Source: Chlamydiota bacterium | Lineage (GTDB): Bacteria; Chlamydiota; Chlamydiia; Chlamydiales; JACKPQ01 | Assembly (NCBI GenBank): GCA_021772435.1 | Contig: JAJFLZ010000037.1 | Location: 47,673-111,672, forward strand | DNA length: 64,000 bases | Reading direction: 5' to 3' | Shown: positions 31,660-41,488 of the stretch, one piece after another | Position numbering within the stretch: the first letter of the stretch is position 1 | Layout of the letters: each line of letters opens with the position of its first letter | Program-made: the position numbers and the translations under genes | Notes under the pieces: model-generated | Seen by the model: only the letters and a program-made list of their open reading frames with translations | Told to the model about the DNA's origin: nothing | Databases searched by the model: none

Positions 31660-32418
31660 CTAAGACTGAAACCTCTTAAAATACGGCCATAATTCCGAGA
31701 AATGTTTTTTAAATAAGACATCTAATTTTTTTAAATCTGCCTGATCCGTTTGTAAACTATGAAATTTTGGTTTTCCAAATGAACGCGTCCCTGGAAGGGA
31801 TGGGGTTGTGTTATAGAATGTGAAACATCTTTCCTTATGCGTCTCTAATTCGTCAATAAATTCATCGATATTTGCTTCATCACCTGTAAAATTTAAAATG
31901 CTTTGAAGTGTTTCTTTTGGACTTAAAATTAAATCTTCATAGTAAATAAGCAGTCTTCTTTCAGGTGGGAAGGTTTGGAAATAGCTTAAATTTCGAATGA
32001 GCTTATAAAAATCACCTTCCCCTTTGCTTGCCCTATGGACAAGCCTCAATGCTTTCTCTGCCGTATCTACTCTCCGAAATAAACTCTCTTTAAAGTTTCT
32101 AAGCACAATCAGTAGTTTGCCATTTTGATGCTTTCTAAAATCTTCGTGAACGTGGGTTAAAAACTCCGGCCTATGTGTATGGTAGAATGCCGCCTTTTTT
32201 TGATCGGGAGAAAGTTGAAGCATAGAGCTATTCCAGTCCCACATCTTTTCATTTAGAACATAAGCCGGACGGTATGTAAGCTGACAGACACAATAGGTGA
32301 GCCACTGAGTACCAGAATGGGGATAGGTAAGTAAAGCAACAGGTGCTTGCGGTTGCCCCGGCTCTGCAAAAACCCCGCATACTAAAAGCACCGCAATTGA
32401 CAAGCATTTTTTTAACAT
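31660..32418 (-). CDS. Secreted sulfotransferase-domain protein
   Basis: 5'-PSB-like TYPHSGTQW, 3'-PB-like LRNFKES, IYYEDL; signal peptide MLKKCLSIAVLLVCGVFA. Confidence 0.75.
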   Translation of the reverse strand: MLKKCLSIAVLLVCGVFAEPGQPQAPVALLTYPHSGTQWLTYCVCQLTYRPAYVLNEKMWDWNSSMLQLSPDQKKAAFYHTHRPEFLTHVHEDFRKHQNGKLLIVLRNFKESLFRRVDTAEKALRLVHRASKGEGDFYKLIRNLSYFQTFPPERRLLIYYEDLILSPKETLQSILNFTGDEANIDEFIDELETHKERCFTFYNTTPSLPGTRSFGKPKFHSLQTDQADLKKLDVLFKKHFSELWPYFKRFQS

Positions 32419-32446
32419 CGAAAGCTCCTTTCCTAAAAGGCACGCA

Positions 32447-32475
32447 ACTATAATGGTTTTTCGATTGACAGTCAA
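32447..32475 (-). promoter_or_regulatory. Sigma66/sigma70 promoter for the sulfotransferase gene
   Basis: TTGACT-N17-TATAGT on the minus strand, about 30 bp before the ATG at 32418. Confidence 0.7.
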
Positions 32476-32629
32476 TCCTAGATGGAAATCAATAACCAAC
32501 TAATTATTAATGTCTTAATATAATGTGTGATCGATAAAATTTTTTCATTTCTTGTTTTTAATTTGCTAAGTTAACTATGATCGATAGATCGGTATAGTCT
32601 TTTTTTAGGCTTTCAAATAGAAGGAAGAT

Positions 32630-35116
32630 ATGGCCAAGTCATTGATTATTGTTGAGTCCCCTACTAAAATCAAGACTCTGAGGAAATTTTTGCCAAAGAA
32701 TTTTCGGTTTGAGTCTTCGGTTGGCCATATTCGCGATTTGCCGCAAAAAGGCTTTGGCATTGACATCGAAAATGATTTTAACCCTGTCTACCAAACGCTT
32801 CCCGAAAAAAAAGACGTCATCGCTAAGCTTAAAAAAGAAGCAGCTGCAGCAGATATCGTGTACTTAGCGCCCGATCCCGACCGTGAAGGAGAAGCTATTG
32901 CTTGGCACATCGCTGCAATCCTGCCAAAAAAGACAGAGATCAAACGCATTACTTTTAACGAGATCACTCGCGATGCCGTGCAAGAAGCAATCGAACATCC
33001 AAGACCTATTGATCAGCATCTGGTAGACGCGCAACAAGCAAGACGCCTGCTCGACCGTATCGTCGGATATAAAATTTCACCACTTTTACAAAGACGTGTG
33101 CAAAAAGGCAAAGATGGCTTTTTATCAGCAGGGCGCGTGCAGTCTGTAGCACTTAAACTCGTCGTCGATCGAGAAAAGGAAATTGACGCTTTTATTCCCG
33201 TTGAATACTGGAATTTGGGAGCTACTTTGCAAGATGGTAGTAAGCCATTTTACGCAGGTCTCCATACAGTAGACGGAAAAAGAATTGAAAAAGAGCCGAA
33301 AAAAGGCTGCATTACAATACCAAATGAGCAGTCTGCAAAAGAAATTGCTGAAAAACTAAAAAGTGCTAGCTACAAAACAGGTGCAGTCGAAAAGAAAGAG
33401 AAAAAACGGCATCCAGTTCCCCCATTTATCACCTCGACCCTGCAGCAAGAAGCAAGCCGCCACTACGGATTTCCTGCATCGCGCACTATGTCGATTGCAC
33501 AAAGCCTCTATGAGGGTGTCGATTTAGGAAGCGAGGGTACAGAAGGTTTGATCACTTATATGCGTACTGACTCTGTGCGCGTTGCAAACGAAGCCATCAC
33601 ACATGGGCGAGGGTTTATTGAAAAAACATACGGCAAAGAATATTTGCCCGAAAAACCCAAGCAGTACGCCTCCAAAAAAGGAGCGCAAGATGCGCACGAA
33701 GCGATACGTCCAACTAATTTAGCGCATCCACCAGAGCAAATTAAGAAATTTTTAAACGTTGATCAGTTCAAAATTTACAGCTTGATTTGGAAACGTTTCC
33801 TCGCATCGCAAATGACTTCTGCCATTTATGATACGGTTGCAGCTCTAATTGAAACAAATGCGAATGTCGAATTAAAAGTTACCGGGTCTACGCTCAAGTT
33901 TAATGGCTTTTTAGCCGCTTATCAAGAAAAGAGCGACTCCGAAGAGACCGAAGAAAAGGAAAATCTACTGCCACCTTTAAAAGAAGGCCAAGATTTAAAA
34001 CTTGTCGAAGTGAAATCTGAACAAGCTTTTACAAAACCTCCAGCACGTTTTAGTGAAGCTTCCCTTGTTAAAGAGCTTGAAAAATCTGGTATTGGCCGTC
34101 CGTCTACCTACGCTACGATCATGAATAAAATCCAAAGCCGCTCTTATACTACAAAAGAGAAGCTCTATTTGAAGCCGACTGAACTTGGGAAAGTGATTGT
34201 AGCGCTTTTGGACACAAGTTTTGGCATGATCATGGATGTTAACTTTACAGCGTCTATGGAAAAAGACCTCGATGGGATTGCTGAAGGCGATAGAGAGTGG
34301 AAAGCTTTTGTTCGAGAATTTTGGGATAAGTTTAATCCTCTCTTGGAAACAGCAGAAAAAGAAGCTCATGTTCCAAAGCAAGACACCGATATCGATTGCC
34401 CAGAATGCGGTTCTAAATTGCAAAAGATTTGGGCAAAAAGCAAGTATTTTTACGGATGTTCGCGTTACCCAGATTGTGGCTTTACAGCTCCACTAGAAGG
34501 CTTGAACTTTAATAAAGAAGATTACGCTAAGGATTTCGATTGGGATCAACCTTGCCCTAAATGCAGTGAAAAAATGCAAGTTCGCCATGGCCGCTATGGC
34601 CCTTTCTTGGGATGCACGAAATATCCTGACTGCAAGGGCATTGTCAATATTCAAAAAGAAGGCGAATTGCCACCTGAAGACCTGCCTAATTGCCCAGCTA
34701 TTGGTTGCACCGGCAAGCTTACTCAGCGCAAGTCACGTTACGGAAAAACTTTCTTCTCATGCACTGAATACCCCGATTGTGATGTGATCGGAAATGAAGT
34801 GGATCAGGTTTTAGAAAAGTATAAAGAGCATCCGAAAACAGCTTATGTAAAAAAAGCTCGTAAACCAGGAGCCAAGCGCACTGGCGGAGGCCCAAAATAC
34901 AAGCTTTCCAAAGACCTCGCTGCAATCATCGGTAAAAAAGACATGACACGTGGTGAAGTCACAAAAGCTCTCTGGGTTTACATCAAAGAGAATAATCTTC
35001 AAGACCCCAAAAACAAACGACGTATTATCCCGGATGAAAAGCTTAAAAAAATCTTTGCTGAGCCGATCGACATGATGCAGCTGGCGGGTACACTCAAAGA
35101 CCATCTTTCAAAATAG
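32630..35116 (+). CDS. topA: DNA topoisomerase I with Zn-ribbons and C-terminal SWIB domain
   Basis: IVESPTK, DPDREGE, SAGRVQS, ITYMRTDS; three Zn ribbons; LWVYIKENNLQDPKNKR SWIB motif. Confidence 0.98.
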   Translation: MAKSLIIVESPTKIKTLRKFLPKNFRFESSVGHIRDLPQKGFGIDIENDFNPVYQTLPEKKDVIAKLKKEAAAADIVYLAPDPDREGEAIAWHIAAILPKKTEIKRITFNEITRDAVQEAIEHPRPIDQHLVDAQQARRLLDRIVGYKISPLLQRRVQKGKDGFLSAGRVQSVALKLVVDREKEIDAFIPVEYWNLGATLQDGSKPFYAGLHTVDGKRIEKEPKKGCITIPNEQSAKEIAEKLKSASYKTGAVEKKEKKRHPVPPFITSTLQQEASRHYGFPASRTMSIAQSLYEGVDLGSEGTEGLITYMRTDSVRVANEAITHGRGFIEKTYGKEYLPEKPKQYASKKGAQDAHEAIRPTNLAHPPEQIKKFLNVDQFKIYSLIWKRFLASQMTSAIYDTVAALIETNANVELKVTGSTLKFNGFLAAYQEKSDSEETEEKENLLPPLKEGQDLKLVEVKSEQAFTKPPARFSEASLVKELEKSGIGRPSTYATIMNKIQSRSYTTKEKLYLKPTELGKVIVALLDTSFGMIMDVNFTASMEKDLDGIAEGDREWKAFVREFWDKFNPLLETAEKEAHVPKQDTDIDCPECGSKLQKIWAKSKYFYGCSRYPDCGFTAPLEGLNFNKEDYAKDFDWDQPCPKCSEKMQVRHGRYGPFLGCTKYPDCKGIVNIQKEGELPPEDLPNCPAIGCTGKLTQRKSRYGKTFFSCTEYPDCDVIGNEVDQVLEKYKEHPKTAYVKKARKPGAKRTGGGPKYKLSKDLAAIIGKKDMTRGEVTKALWVYIKENNLQDPKNKRRIIPDEKLKKIFAEPIDMMQLAGTLKDHLSK

Positions 35117-35142
35117 TCTCAACTATCTTTTCGCTTTAACAG

Positions 35143-35161
35143 ATGTAAAGCCGTTTTACAT
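35143..35161 (+). repeat. 19-bp palindromic repeat, copy 2 (1 mismatch), between convergent topA and porin gene
   Basis: cagATGTAAAGCCGTTTTACATctg; the stem extends to 10 bp and could act as a bidirectional terminator. Confidence 0.85.
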
Positions 35162-35174
35162 CTGCGTTGGTAGA

Positions 35175-37046
35175 TTAGAAGTTGAGTTGGATTTTGCCGA
35201 CGAAGCCTTGCATGCCAAGTGTTGAAGTATTGATCACGGTATGGCGGGGTGTAATGGTTGATGTAGTGTTCGTTGGGTTGCTATAACGCATCTCTTCTAC
35301 GTTGAACCACGCGTTGACTTCATAACCTGCAAAGATGAGAATTCCAACATCATTCCACATTTTGCCCCATTGCGGCCCCATCTGCATTTGCAGGTGAGTG
35401 GCAATGCGCTGATCATCGTATTTAGCATTTTCGATGGTGGCCGGTGGTAGGTTGCTGCCAGCATTGTTAGTGTCTGCTTCAAAGGTGTTTTTGTAGTAGC
35501 CAATGAGCGCCGCCAGAGAGGATTTGCCAAATAGGCTAAAGCCTGAGCCTATATACCAATCTAGATCGATTCCAACACGCATACCACCACCATGGAATTC
35601 CCATTTGTCACGGTTATGCGTTTCATTTGACGGACTTCCAACACCGTTGTACTTAACATCCATTTCACGATCCATCCAAGTCCCTGTCAGTCCCATGGTG
35701 GGACGAACGATGAGTTGTTTGGTGGGAAGAAAGCTTCTAGCTAGCATTAGATCAAAAACGTTGTAAAATAGATCAACTTTGCTTCTTGCTGAATCGGTTG
35801 CTTGCGTTGAGACATTGTCTTTGGTCGGCATGAGTACGCGAGTTGGATCTGATGGTCTACTAAAGCTGTCTGTGCCATCAATATTGATGTAGGTATATTG
35901 CAAGGCTAGTTCCCAAAAATCAGGTCTAAACCGATGCCCAACCTCGACTCTAAATCCAGGATCCCAACCAAATTTTGCTTCTTCAACCTCTCCTGTTTGA
36001 CCAAGCGGTGTAGATGACACAGGAAAGTTCGGAATGACAAAATCTAACGTTCCAGCTTCTGCTGTCCAAACAAGAATTTCACCACGAATCCAGCTAGTGG
36101 ACTCTTCAACATTTGGCCTATAGCATACAATGGGCGGAAGCGGTTGTGGGCAGCAGCAAGCCTGCATCGATTCGGGATAACTCATCTGATTTTGATTATT
36201 TGAAGAGTATTGCAAGCTACGTTCATTTTGGAAATTTTCTCTCATCTGCTCATGCTGTGCTTGAGCAATGATTATTTGCTCTTGCATAGTGAGCAGTTGA
36301 TCTTGATGATTCTCTTTTGCTCTAGCAAGATCTAACATGAGATCTGACTTTTCTTGATTTGCTAAGGAAAGCTGCGCTTGCAATTGGTTGACTTGATCAC
36401 TAAATTTATTTTGCTCTTCGCTAATCTGGCGCTTCAGCCCTTCTGCGTCATTTTTGGCATTGTAAAGCCAGGCAGTAAAGTTTTTTAATTGTTTTGCATT
36501 AAGCGTTTTAGCTTCGGCTAATTCATTTTTTAATCCGTTCATTTTGGTGTGAGCGTTTTTCAGCTCGATCTCTAGACTATCGATTTGAGTCGTATTGCCT
36601 TTGCGTGCAGCTAAAAGCTCATCTTTGACTTTTCCAGCTTCTAGACGTGAAGATGTTAATTGAGCTGTCAATTCAGCTATCTGTTCATGGCTATGTTGCT
36701 TAGCGCTGCTGAGCTCTACTTGGAGATTGGCTGATTTATGTTGGATTCGTTCAAGCTCTTGCTTGAGCGTCTGCACCCGGCTTAGGCTTTCTTTCCGCAT
36801 GCCTTCGATTTCTTTTTCAAGCTCAGAGGTTTTGGATGTCGCCAAATTAAGTTCGCTTGTCAATTTTTCAACTTGTTCACGATTGGATTTTTGTGCGCGT
36901 AAAAGTGCTGATTTAAAACGTTTTGCATCTGTTTTTGCAGCTTCTAGGCGATCATTTAGGTGCGAGGTGTTTTCTTCGTTTGCTAATACCGACGTCCCGC
37001 CAAAAATCATACACAGCGCTAGTAGGTTACATCCAAATTTATTCAT
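35175..37046 (-). CDS. Lpg1974/MOMP-like beta-barrel porin with long N-terminal coiled coil
   Basis: Signal peptide; eight 32-aa helical repeats; barrel motifs WDPGFRV, FAGYE..W, terminal LNF. Confidence 0.85.
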   Translation of the reverse strand: MNKFGCNLLALCMIFGGTSVLANEENTSHLNDRLEAAKTDAKRFKSALLRAQKSNREQVEKLTSELNLATSKTSELEKEIEGMRKESLSRVQTLKQELERIQHKSANLQVELSSAKQHSHEQIAELTAQLTSSRLEAGKVKDELLAARKGNTTQIDSLEIELKNAHTKMNGLKNELAEAKTLNAKQLKNFTAWLYNAKNDAEGLKRQISEEQNKFSDQVNQLQAQLSLANQEKSDLMLDLARAKENHQDQLLTMQEQIIIAQAQHEQMRENFQNERSLQYSSNNQNQMSYPESMQACCCPQPLPPIVCYRPNVEESTSWIRGEILVWTAEAGTLDFVIPNFPVSSTPLGQTGEVEEAKFGWDPGFRVEVGHRFRPDFWELALQYTYINIDGTDSFSRPSDPTRVLMPTKDNVSTQATDSARSKVDLFYNVFDLMLARSFLPTKQLIVRPTMGLTGTWMDREMDVKYNGVGSPSNETHNRDKWEFHGGGMRVGIDLDWYIGSGFSLFGKSSLAALIGYYKNTFEADTNNAGSNLPPATIENAKYDDQRIATHLQMQMGPQWGKMWNDVGILIFAGYEVNAWFNVEEMRYSNPTNTTSTITPRHTVINTSTLGMQGFVGKIQLNF

Positions 37047-37109
37047 ATCAAACCTAATTTATTTACTTTTCTAACTTCTAGTTAACAAATTAAGTCATTT
37101 ATTCAAAGT

Positions 37110-39095
37110 TTATTTAATATCTTCTAGTAGTTCGAGCTCTCGAAAATAATTGAGCTCATCGCGTAATCTAGCGGCGTCTTCAAACCGCAACTCTTTGGCA
37201 GCTAATCGCATAAGCTTTTCATACTCTTTGATTTTAAGTGACACTTGTTTGGAGTTGAGTTTATCCATAACAGGTCTTTCTTGATCTGATGACACACCGG
37301 TAAAGGTTTCGATGAGATCTTCTGCCACTTCTCGCTTGATTGTTTTAGGTGTGATTCCATGTTTTTTATTGTAATCTTCCTGCACTTTGCGGCGGTTGCT
37401 GGTAATTTCAATGGCACGCTGAATAGAACCTGTCATTTTATCAGCATACATGATCACTCTGCCCTCACTGTTTCTTGCTGCACGGCCACAGGTCTGTACA
37501 AGGGCTGTCTCACTACGCAAAAAACCTTCTTTGTCGGCATCTAAAATAGCCACCAAGGCAACTTCTGGGATATCTAACCCTTCCCGAAGCAAGTTTATTC
37601 CCACCAAAACATCGAACTTTCCTTTTCTGAGATCTTTGATGATTTGAACCCTTTCAAGTGTCTCAATATCTGAGTGTAAGTATTTGGCTTTTACGCCGAT
37701 CTCTTCGAGGTAGCGGCTTAGATCTTCGGCAAGTTTTTTTGTGAGTGTTGTCACAAGAACACGGTGATTTTTCTCGATGACTTGCCTGATTTCTTCTAAA
37801 CAGTTATCCACTTGATCGCTAGCTGGCCGCACTTCAATTACAGGATCGATCAGTCCTGTCGGACGAATAATCTGCTGAACGATTTCTCCACCTGTCTCTT
37901 CAAGCTCAAACGGCCCTGGCGTTGCCGATACGTAGATCACTTGCCCAATGCGCTTGTAAAATTCTTCAAACTTTAGCGGGCGGTTGTCAAAAGCTGATGG
38001 AAGACGAAATCCAAATTCGATCAAGGCTTCTTTGCGAGCTCTATCACCATTATACATCGCCCGAACTTGCGGCAGAGATTGGTGAGATTCATCTACAAAG
38101 ATGATAAAATCGTCTGGAAAGTAGTCGAGTAGACAGGGCGGGGGATCACCAGGCCCCCGCATGCTAAAGTGGCGTGAGTAGTTTTCAATGCCTTTGCAAA
38201 AGCCAATTTCTCTGATCATTTCCAAATCATATTTGGTTCTTTGCAAAATTCTTTGATGCTCAACGAGTTTGTTTTCTTTTTCAAAGGTGTCAGCGCGATC
38301 AGCAAGCTCTGCCTTGATCGTCTCTCTTGCTCTTAATTGCACATCTTCCGGTGTTACGTGATGAGATCCAGGAAAAATTGTGAGTTTTTCTTGCGTCTCA
38401 ATTACTTTGCCAGTCAAAGGATCAATCCGGCTTATCCGCTCTAATTCATCTCCAAAAAATTCAATTCGATAAGCGATATCTACTTCGTACGCCGGCATAA
38501 TTTCGACGATATCTCCACGTACACGAAATGATTTTCGTTCTAAATCGAAGTTTTTGCGATCGTATTGCATTTTAACCAAATGCACGAGTACCTCATCGCG
38601 CCGATAGCTCTCTCCAACCGCTAAGTCGAGCTTCATTTGTACGTAGTATTCTGGCAATCCCAAGCCGTAGATACATGAAACGGAGGCAATGATGATAACG
38701 TCTTTCCGCTCAATTAACGAACGCGTAGCAGAAAGGCGCATTTTGTCGATGTTATCGTTGATCGACATGTCTTTTTCGATATAGGTATCTGTTCTGGCGA
38801 TGTAAGCTTCTGGTTGGTAGTAGTCGTAATAGGACACAAAATATTCAACAGCGTTATTTGGAAAAAATGCTTTGAATTCCTGGTAAAGCTGCGCAGCTAA
38901 GGTTTTATTATGTGCTAGGACAAGTGTAGGCCTTTGAACATTTTGAATGACGTTTGCCATGGTAAATGTTTTACCAGATCCTGTCACTCCAAGTAGAACT
39001 TGTGCTCTTTTGTCTTCTTTCAGGCCTTTGCAAAGCGCACTAATCGCCTCGGGCTGATCACCTTTCGGTTTAAAATCAGATTTTAGACGAAACAT
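37110..39095 (-). CDS. uvrB: Excinuclease ABC subunit B
   Basis: [29 protein letters not shown]-terminal UVR domain. Confidence 0.98.
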   Translation of the reverse strand: MFRLKSDFKPKGDQPEAISALCKGLKEDKRAQVLLGVTGSGKTFTMANVIQNVQRPTLVLAHNKTLAAQLYQEFKAFFPNNAVEYFVSYYDYYQPEAYIARTDTYIEKDMSINDNIDKMRLSATRSLIERKDVIIIASVSCIYGLGLPEYYVQMKLDLAVGESYRRDEVLVHLVKMQYDRKNFDLERKSFRVRGDIVEIMPAYEVDIAYRIEFFGDELERISRIDPLTGKVIETQEKLTIFPGSHHVTPEDVQLRARETIKAELADRADTFEKENKLVEHQRILQRTKYDLEMIREIGFCKGIENYSRHFSMRGPGDPPPCLLDYFPDDFIIFVDESHQSLPQVRAMYNGDRARKEALIEFGFRLPSAFDNRPLKFEEFYKRIGQVIYVSATPGPFELEETGGEIVQQIIRPTGLIDPVIEVRPASDQVDNCLEEIRQVIEKNHRVLVTTLTKKLAEDLSRYLEEIGVKAKYLHSDIETLERVQIIKDLRKGKFDVLVGINLLREGLDIPEVALVAILDADKEGFLRSETALVQTCGRAARNSEGRVIMYADKMTGSIQRAIEITSNRRKVQEDYNKKHGITPKTIKREVAEDLIETFTGVSSDQERPVMDKLNSKQVSLKIKEYEKLMRLAAKELRFEDAARLRDELNYFRELELLEDIK

Positions 39096-40284
39096 GCCAG
39101 CCGAGCTGTTCTAAAATATCAATAATCACAACGCTTATCGCCACAAAAATGATGAAGATCATTAAAATTTTTGCTTTTATTGTTTGGTAAAATTTGGGCG
39201 TTTTGAGCTTCCATGCCATGACAGCAGGTAAAAATAAGAGCAGCACAGCTACAAAAGCCCCAGCGTATTCTAAAGCAAGAATAAAACCGCGTTTGTAGGT
39301 GAGGACAAAGAGCAAGGGCGGAATGAATGTGAGCCCAAGGGCAAGAAGTTTGCCTTCCCAGCTTTTTTTGATTTTTAAGCCGTCTATAAGAAAGTCTGAT
39401 AGTGAGATCGCAAGACCCAAAAATGAAGTTGTAATGGCAAAAAAGGAGAAAAATTGCGCTGTCTTGGAAAGAAAGGAGCTTTTGATTGCATAGGATAAGG
39501 GGATGGTGGATGCCTCGCCAGCTTTGAGCGTTGCAAATAAACCATGTGACCCATCCAGCGGCACAACCCCTAAAACTAACGCCTGCCACACAACATAAAA
39601 GCAAAGCGGCAAGAGGCTTCCAATGATAATCACTCTTTTAAGCCGTTTGCGATTATGATTCATGTAGGTAGTTAGAGTGGGAATGATAACATGATAGCCA
39701 AAGGATGTAATCGCTAAGGGGACTCCCAGCACTAAGGGCTTCCAATCCATATGCAAAAGCAATTGCCCTTCAACGTGCGACGGAATAGTGAAAACAAGTA
39801 AAATATAAGACACGATTAGACCAAACATTAAAACGCGATTGACAACGTCGACACCTTCAGTGCCTAAGTAGATAAACCCACCAAAAATGAGCGGCAACAT
39901 AAATGATCCAACCCAAGTAGGCGCCGAATGGCTTGTGATCGTCTGAATGGCGCTTAAAAAAACCGGTCCGCTTCCTGCAATATAGGCTGCAATAAGCGAA
40001 TAAAGCAGTAGCAAATAAAATATCCAGCTAACGACTTTACCCCAAGTCCCAAGCGTACGCTCTGCCATTGAAATAAGATTCGGCTCGCCTTTAACACTTA
40101 GGTTAACATCGAGAAAGAAAAATGCTGAAATTAGCATGCAAGACCAACAGATAAAAAACAGCACCATAGAAGGGAAAAAACCCATAGCTGATGTCATCAC
40201 AGGCAAAGCGAGCATAGCTGCGCCTATTGCTGTCCCACTGACAAGAAAAATTCCGCCCAAATAGTGATTAATTTTTAACATCAT
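39076..40284 (-). CDS. tyrP: HAAAP aromatic amino acid permease (TyrP/Mtr), copy 2
   Basis: [21 protein letters not shown]; about 11 TM segments. Confidence 0.9.
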   Translation of the reverse strand: MMLKINHYLGGIFLVSGTAIGAAMLALPVMTSAMGFFPSMVLFFICWSCMLISAFFFLDVNLSVKGEPNLISMAERTLGTWGKVVSWIFYLLLLYSLIAAYIAGSGPVFLSAIQTITSHSAPTWVGSFMLPLIFGGFIYLGTEGVDVVNRVLMFGLIVSYILLVFTIPSHVEGQLLLHMDWKPLVLGVPLAITSFGYHVIIPTLTTYMNHNRKRLKRVIIIGSLLPLCFYVVWQALVLGVVPLDGSHGLFATLKAGEASTIPLSYAIKSSFLSKTAQFFSFFAITTSFLGLAISLSDFLIDGLKIKKSWEGKLLALGLTFIPPLLFVLTYKRGFILALEYAGAFVAVLLLFLPAVMAWKLKTPKFYQTIKAKILMIFIIFVAISVVIIDILEQLGWHVSSKI

Positions 40285-40288
40285 ATAT

Positions 40289-41488
40289 CTACGAAGAGGG
40301 AAAAAGCTTTAATCCCATCATTTGACTCATTTGATAAAATAAAATAAAGCAAGCAAACGCTGCGACAAAAATCAGAAGAGGTTTTCCTCCCCATACTTGA
40401 TATCCCGCTTTGGTTTTTTTGCGACCCTTCCAAACCATCAATGCTGGAAATAACCCAAACAGAATCACAGCGCAGATGCCACCGGCGAAATTGATCGCTG
40501 CAAAAAAGATATTTGAATACAAAATAGCAAAACCAAGAGGTGGTATGAGCGTTAACCCGCAATACCAAAAATTTTCGATTTTTTCACTTTGAGGCTTTTT
40601 TCTTCCGCTTAAGCCATCTCTCCAAAAGTGAGACAGCCCAAGCGATTGAGCCAAAAATGAAGTTAAAATCGCAAAGAACGCGAGCGCACCCGAAAGCGAT
40701 CCAATCACTGGCCTGTGCAAAAAGTCTTGAATAGCTTGCGCTGCGTCAATATCTTGCTGAAAGGCTGCAAATACAGTTTTTGGTGGCAAAATACCAAGGG
40801 CGACAACTTCCCAAATCAAATAAATGACAAGCGTTAGTAGCGATCCTCCGATAATGGCTTGCTTGATGCGCTTGACATCGCCGTCCAAGTAGGCGCTCAA
40901 GGACGGAATCATGTTGTGAAAGCCAAACGAAATGATCAAGATGGGCAATGCAATAAAGACCATTGAGGGCTCGCTGTATGTCAGATCGCTCACTTGAATG
41001 TACTGCAATCCCAAAAAAGTTAGGCCGATAAAGGCTGCAATTTTACCGAACATTAGCACACGGTTGACTAAGTCCACAGGACGTGTACCGAGATAAATTA
41101 ACCACCCAAATAGCACAACGAAAAACAACGTTCCCACCCAATCGGGAATGACGCCATTAACAGCTTTTGCAAAATGATTACCACTAAGCACCATGTAAGC
41201 TACTAAGAGCGCATAAAATAAAAACAAGTAAAGCGCCCAGGCCATATAGCGACCAAATTTACCTAAGCTATGCTCGATCATCGAAAGTAAATTGACCGGT
41301 TTTTTAAACCAGCAGTTCACTTCCACAAGCAATAGGGCTGTTGTAGTCATGAAAAACCATGCTAAAAAAAACATAACCATCGTCGGGAAGAATCCAGCCA
41401 TGCCGGTGAGAATAGGCAAGCCAAGCATGCCTGCTCCAATACAGCTACCTGTCAAAAGAAGCATCCCGCCAAAAACTTTACTTTTCAT
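40289..41488 (-). CDS. tyrP: HAAAP aromatic amino acid permease (TyrP/Mtr), copy 1
   Basis: GSCIGAGMLGLP, SFGFHNMIPS. Confidence 0.9.
   Translation of the reverse strand: MKSKVFGGMLLLTGSCIGAGMLGLPILTGMAGFFPTMVMFFLAWFFMTTTALLLVEVNCWFKKPVNLLSMIEHSLGKFGRYMAWALYLFLFYALLVAYMVLSGNHFAKAVNGVIPDWVGTLFFVVLFGWLIYLGTRPVDLVNRVLMFGKIAAFIGLTFLGLQYIQVSDLTYSEPSMVFIALPILIISFGFHNMIPSLSAYLDGDVKRIKQAIIGGSLLTLVIYLIWEVVALGILPPKTVFAAFQQDIDAAQAIQDFLHRPVIGSLSGALAFFAILTSFLAQSLGLSHFWRDGLSGRKKPQSEKIENFWYCGLTLIPPLGFAILYSNIFFAAINFAGGICAVILFGLFPALMVWKGRKKTKAGYQVWGGKPLLIFVAAFACFILFYQMSQMMGLKLFPSS

Noticed and set aside
33995-39604. Longer shadow ORFs (33995..34423, 36727..37074, 39119..39604) and similar short ORFs across the window
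   Set aside because: They are antisense or alternate-frame ORFs inside well-supported genes with no independent coding signal
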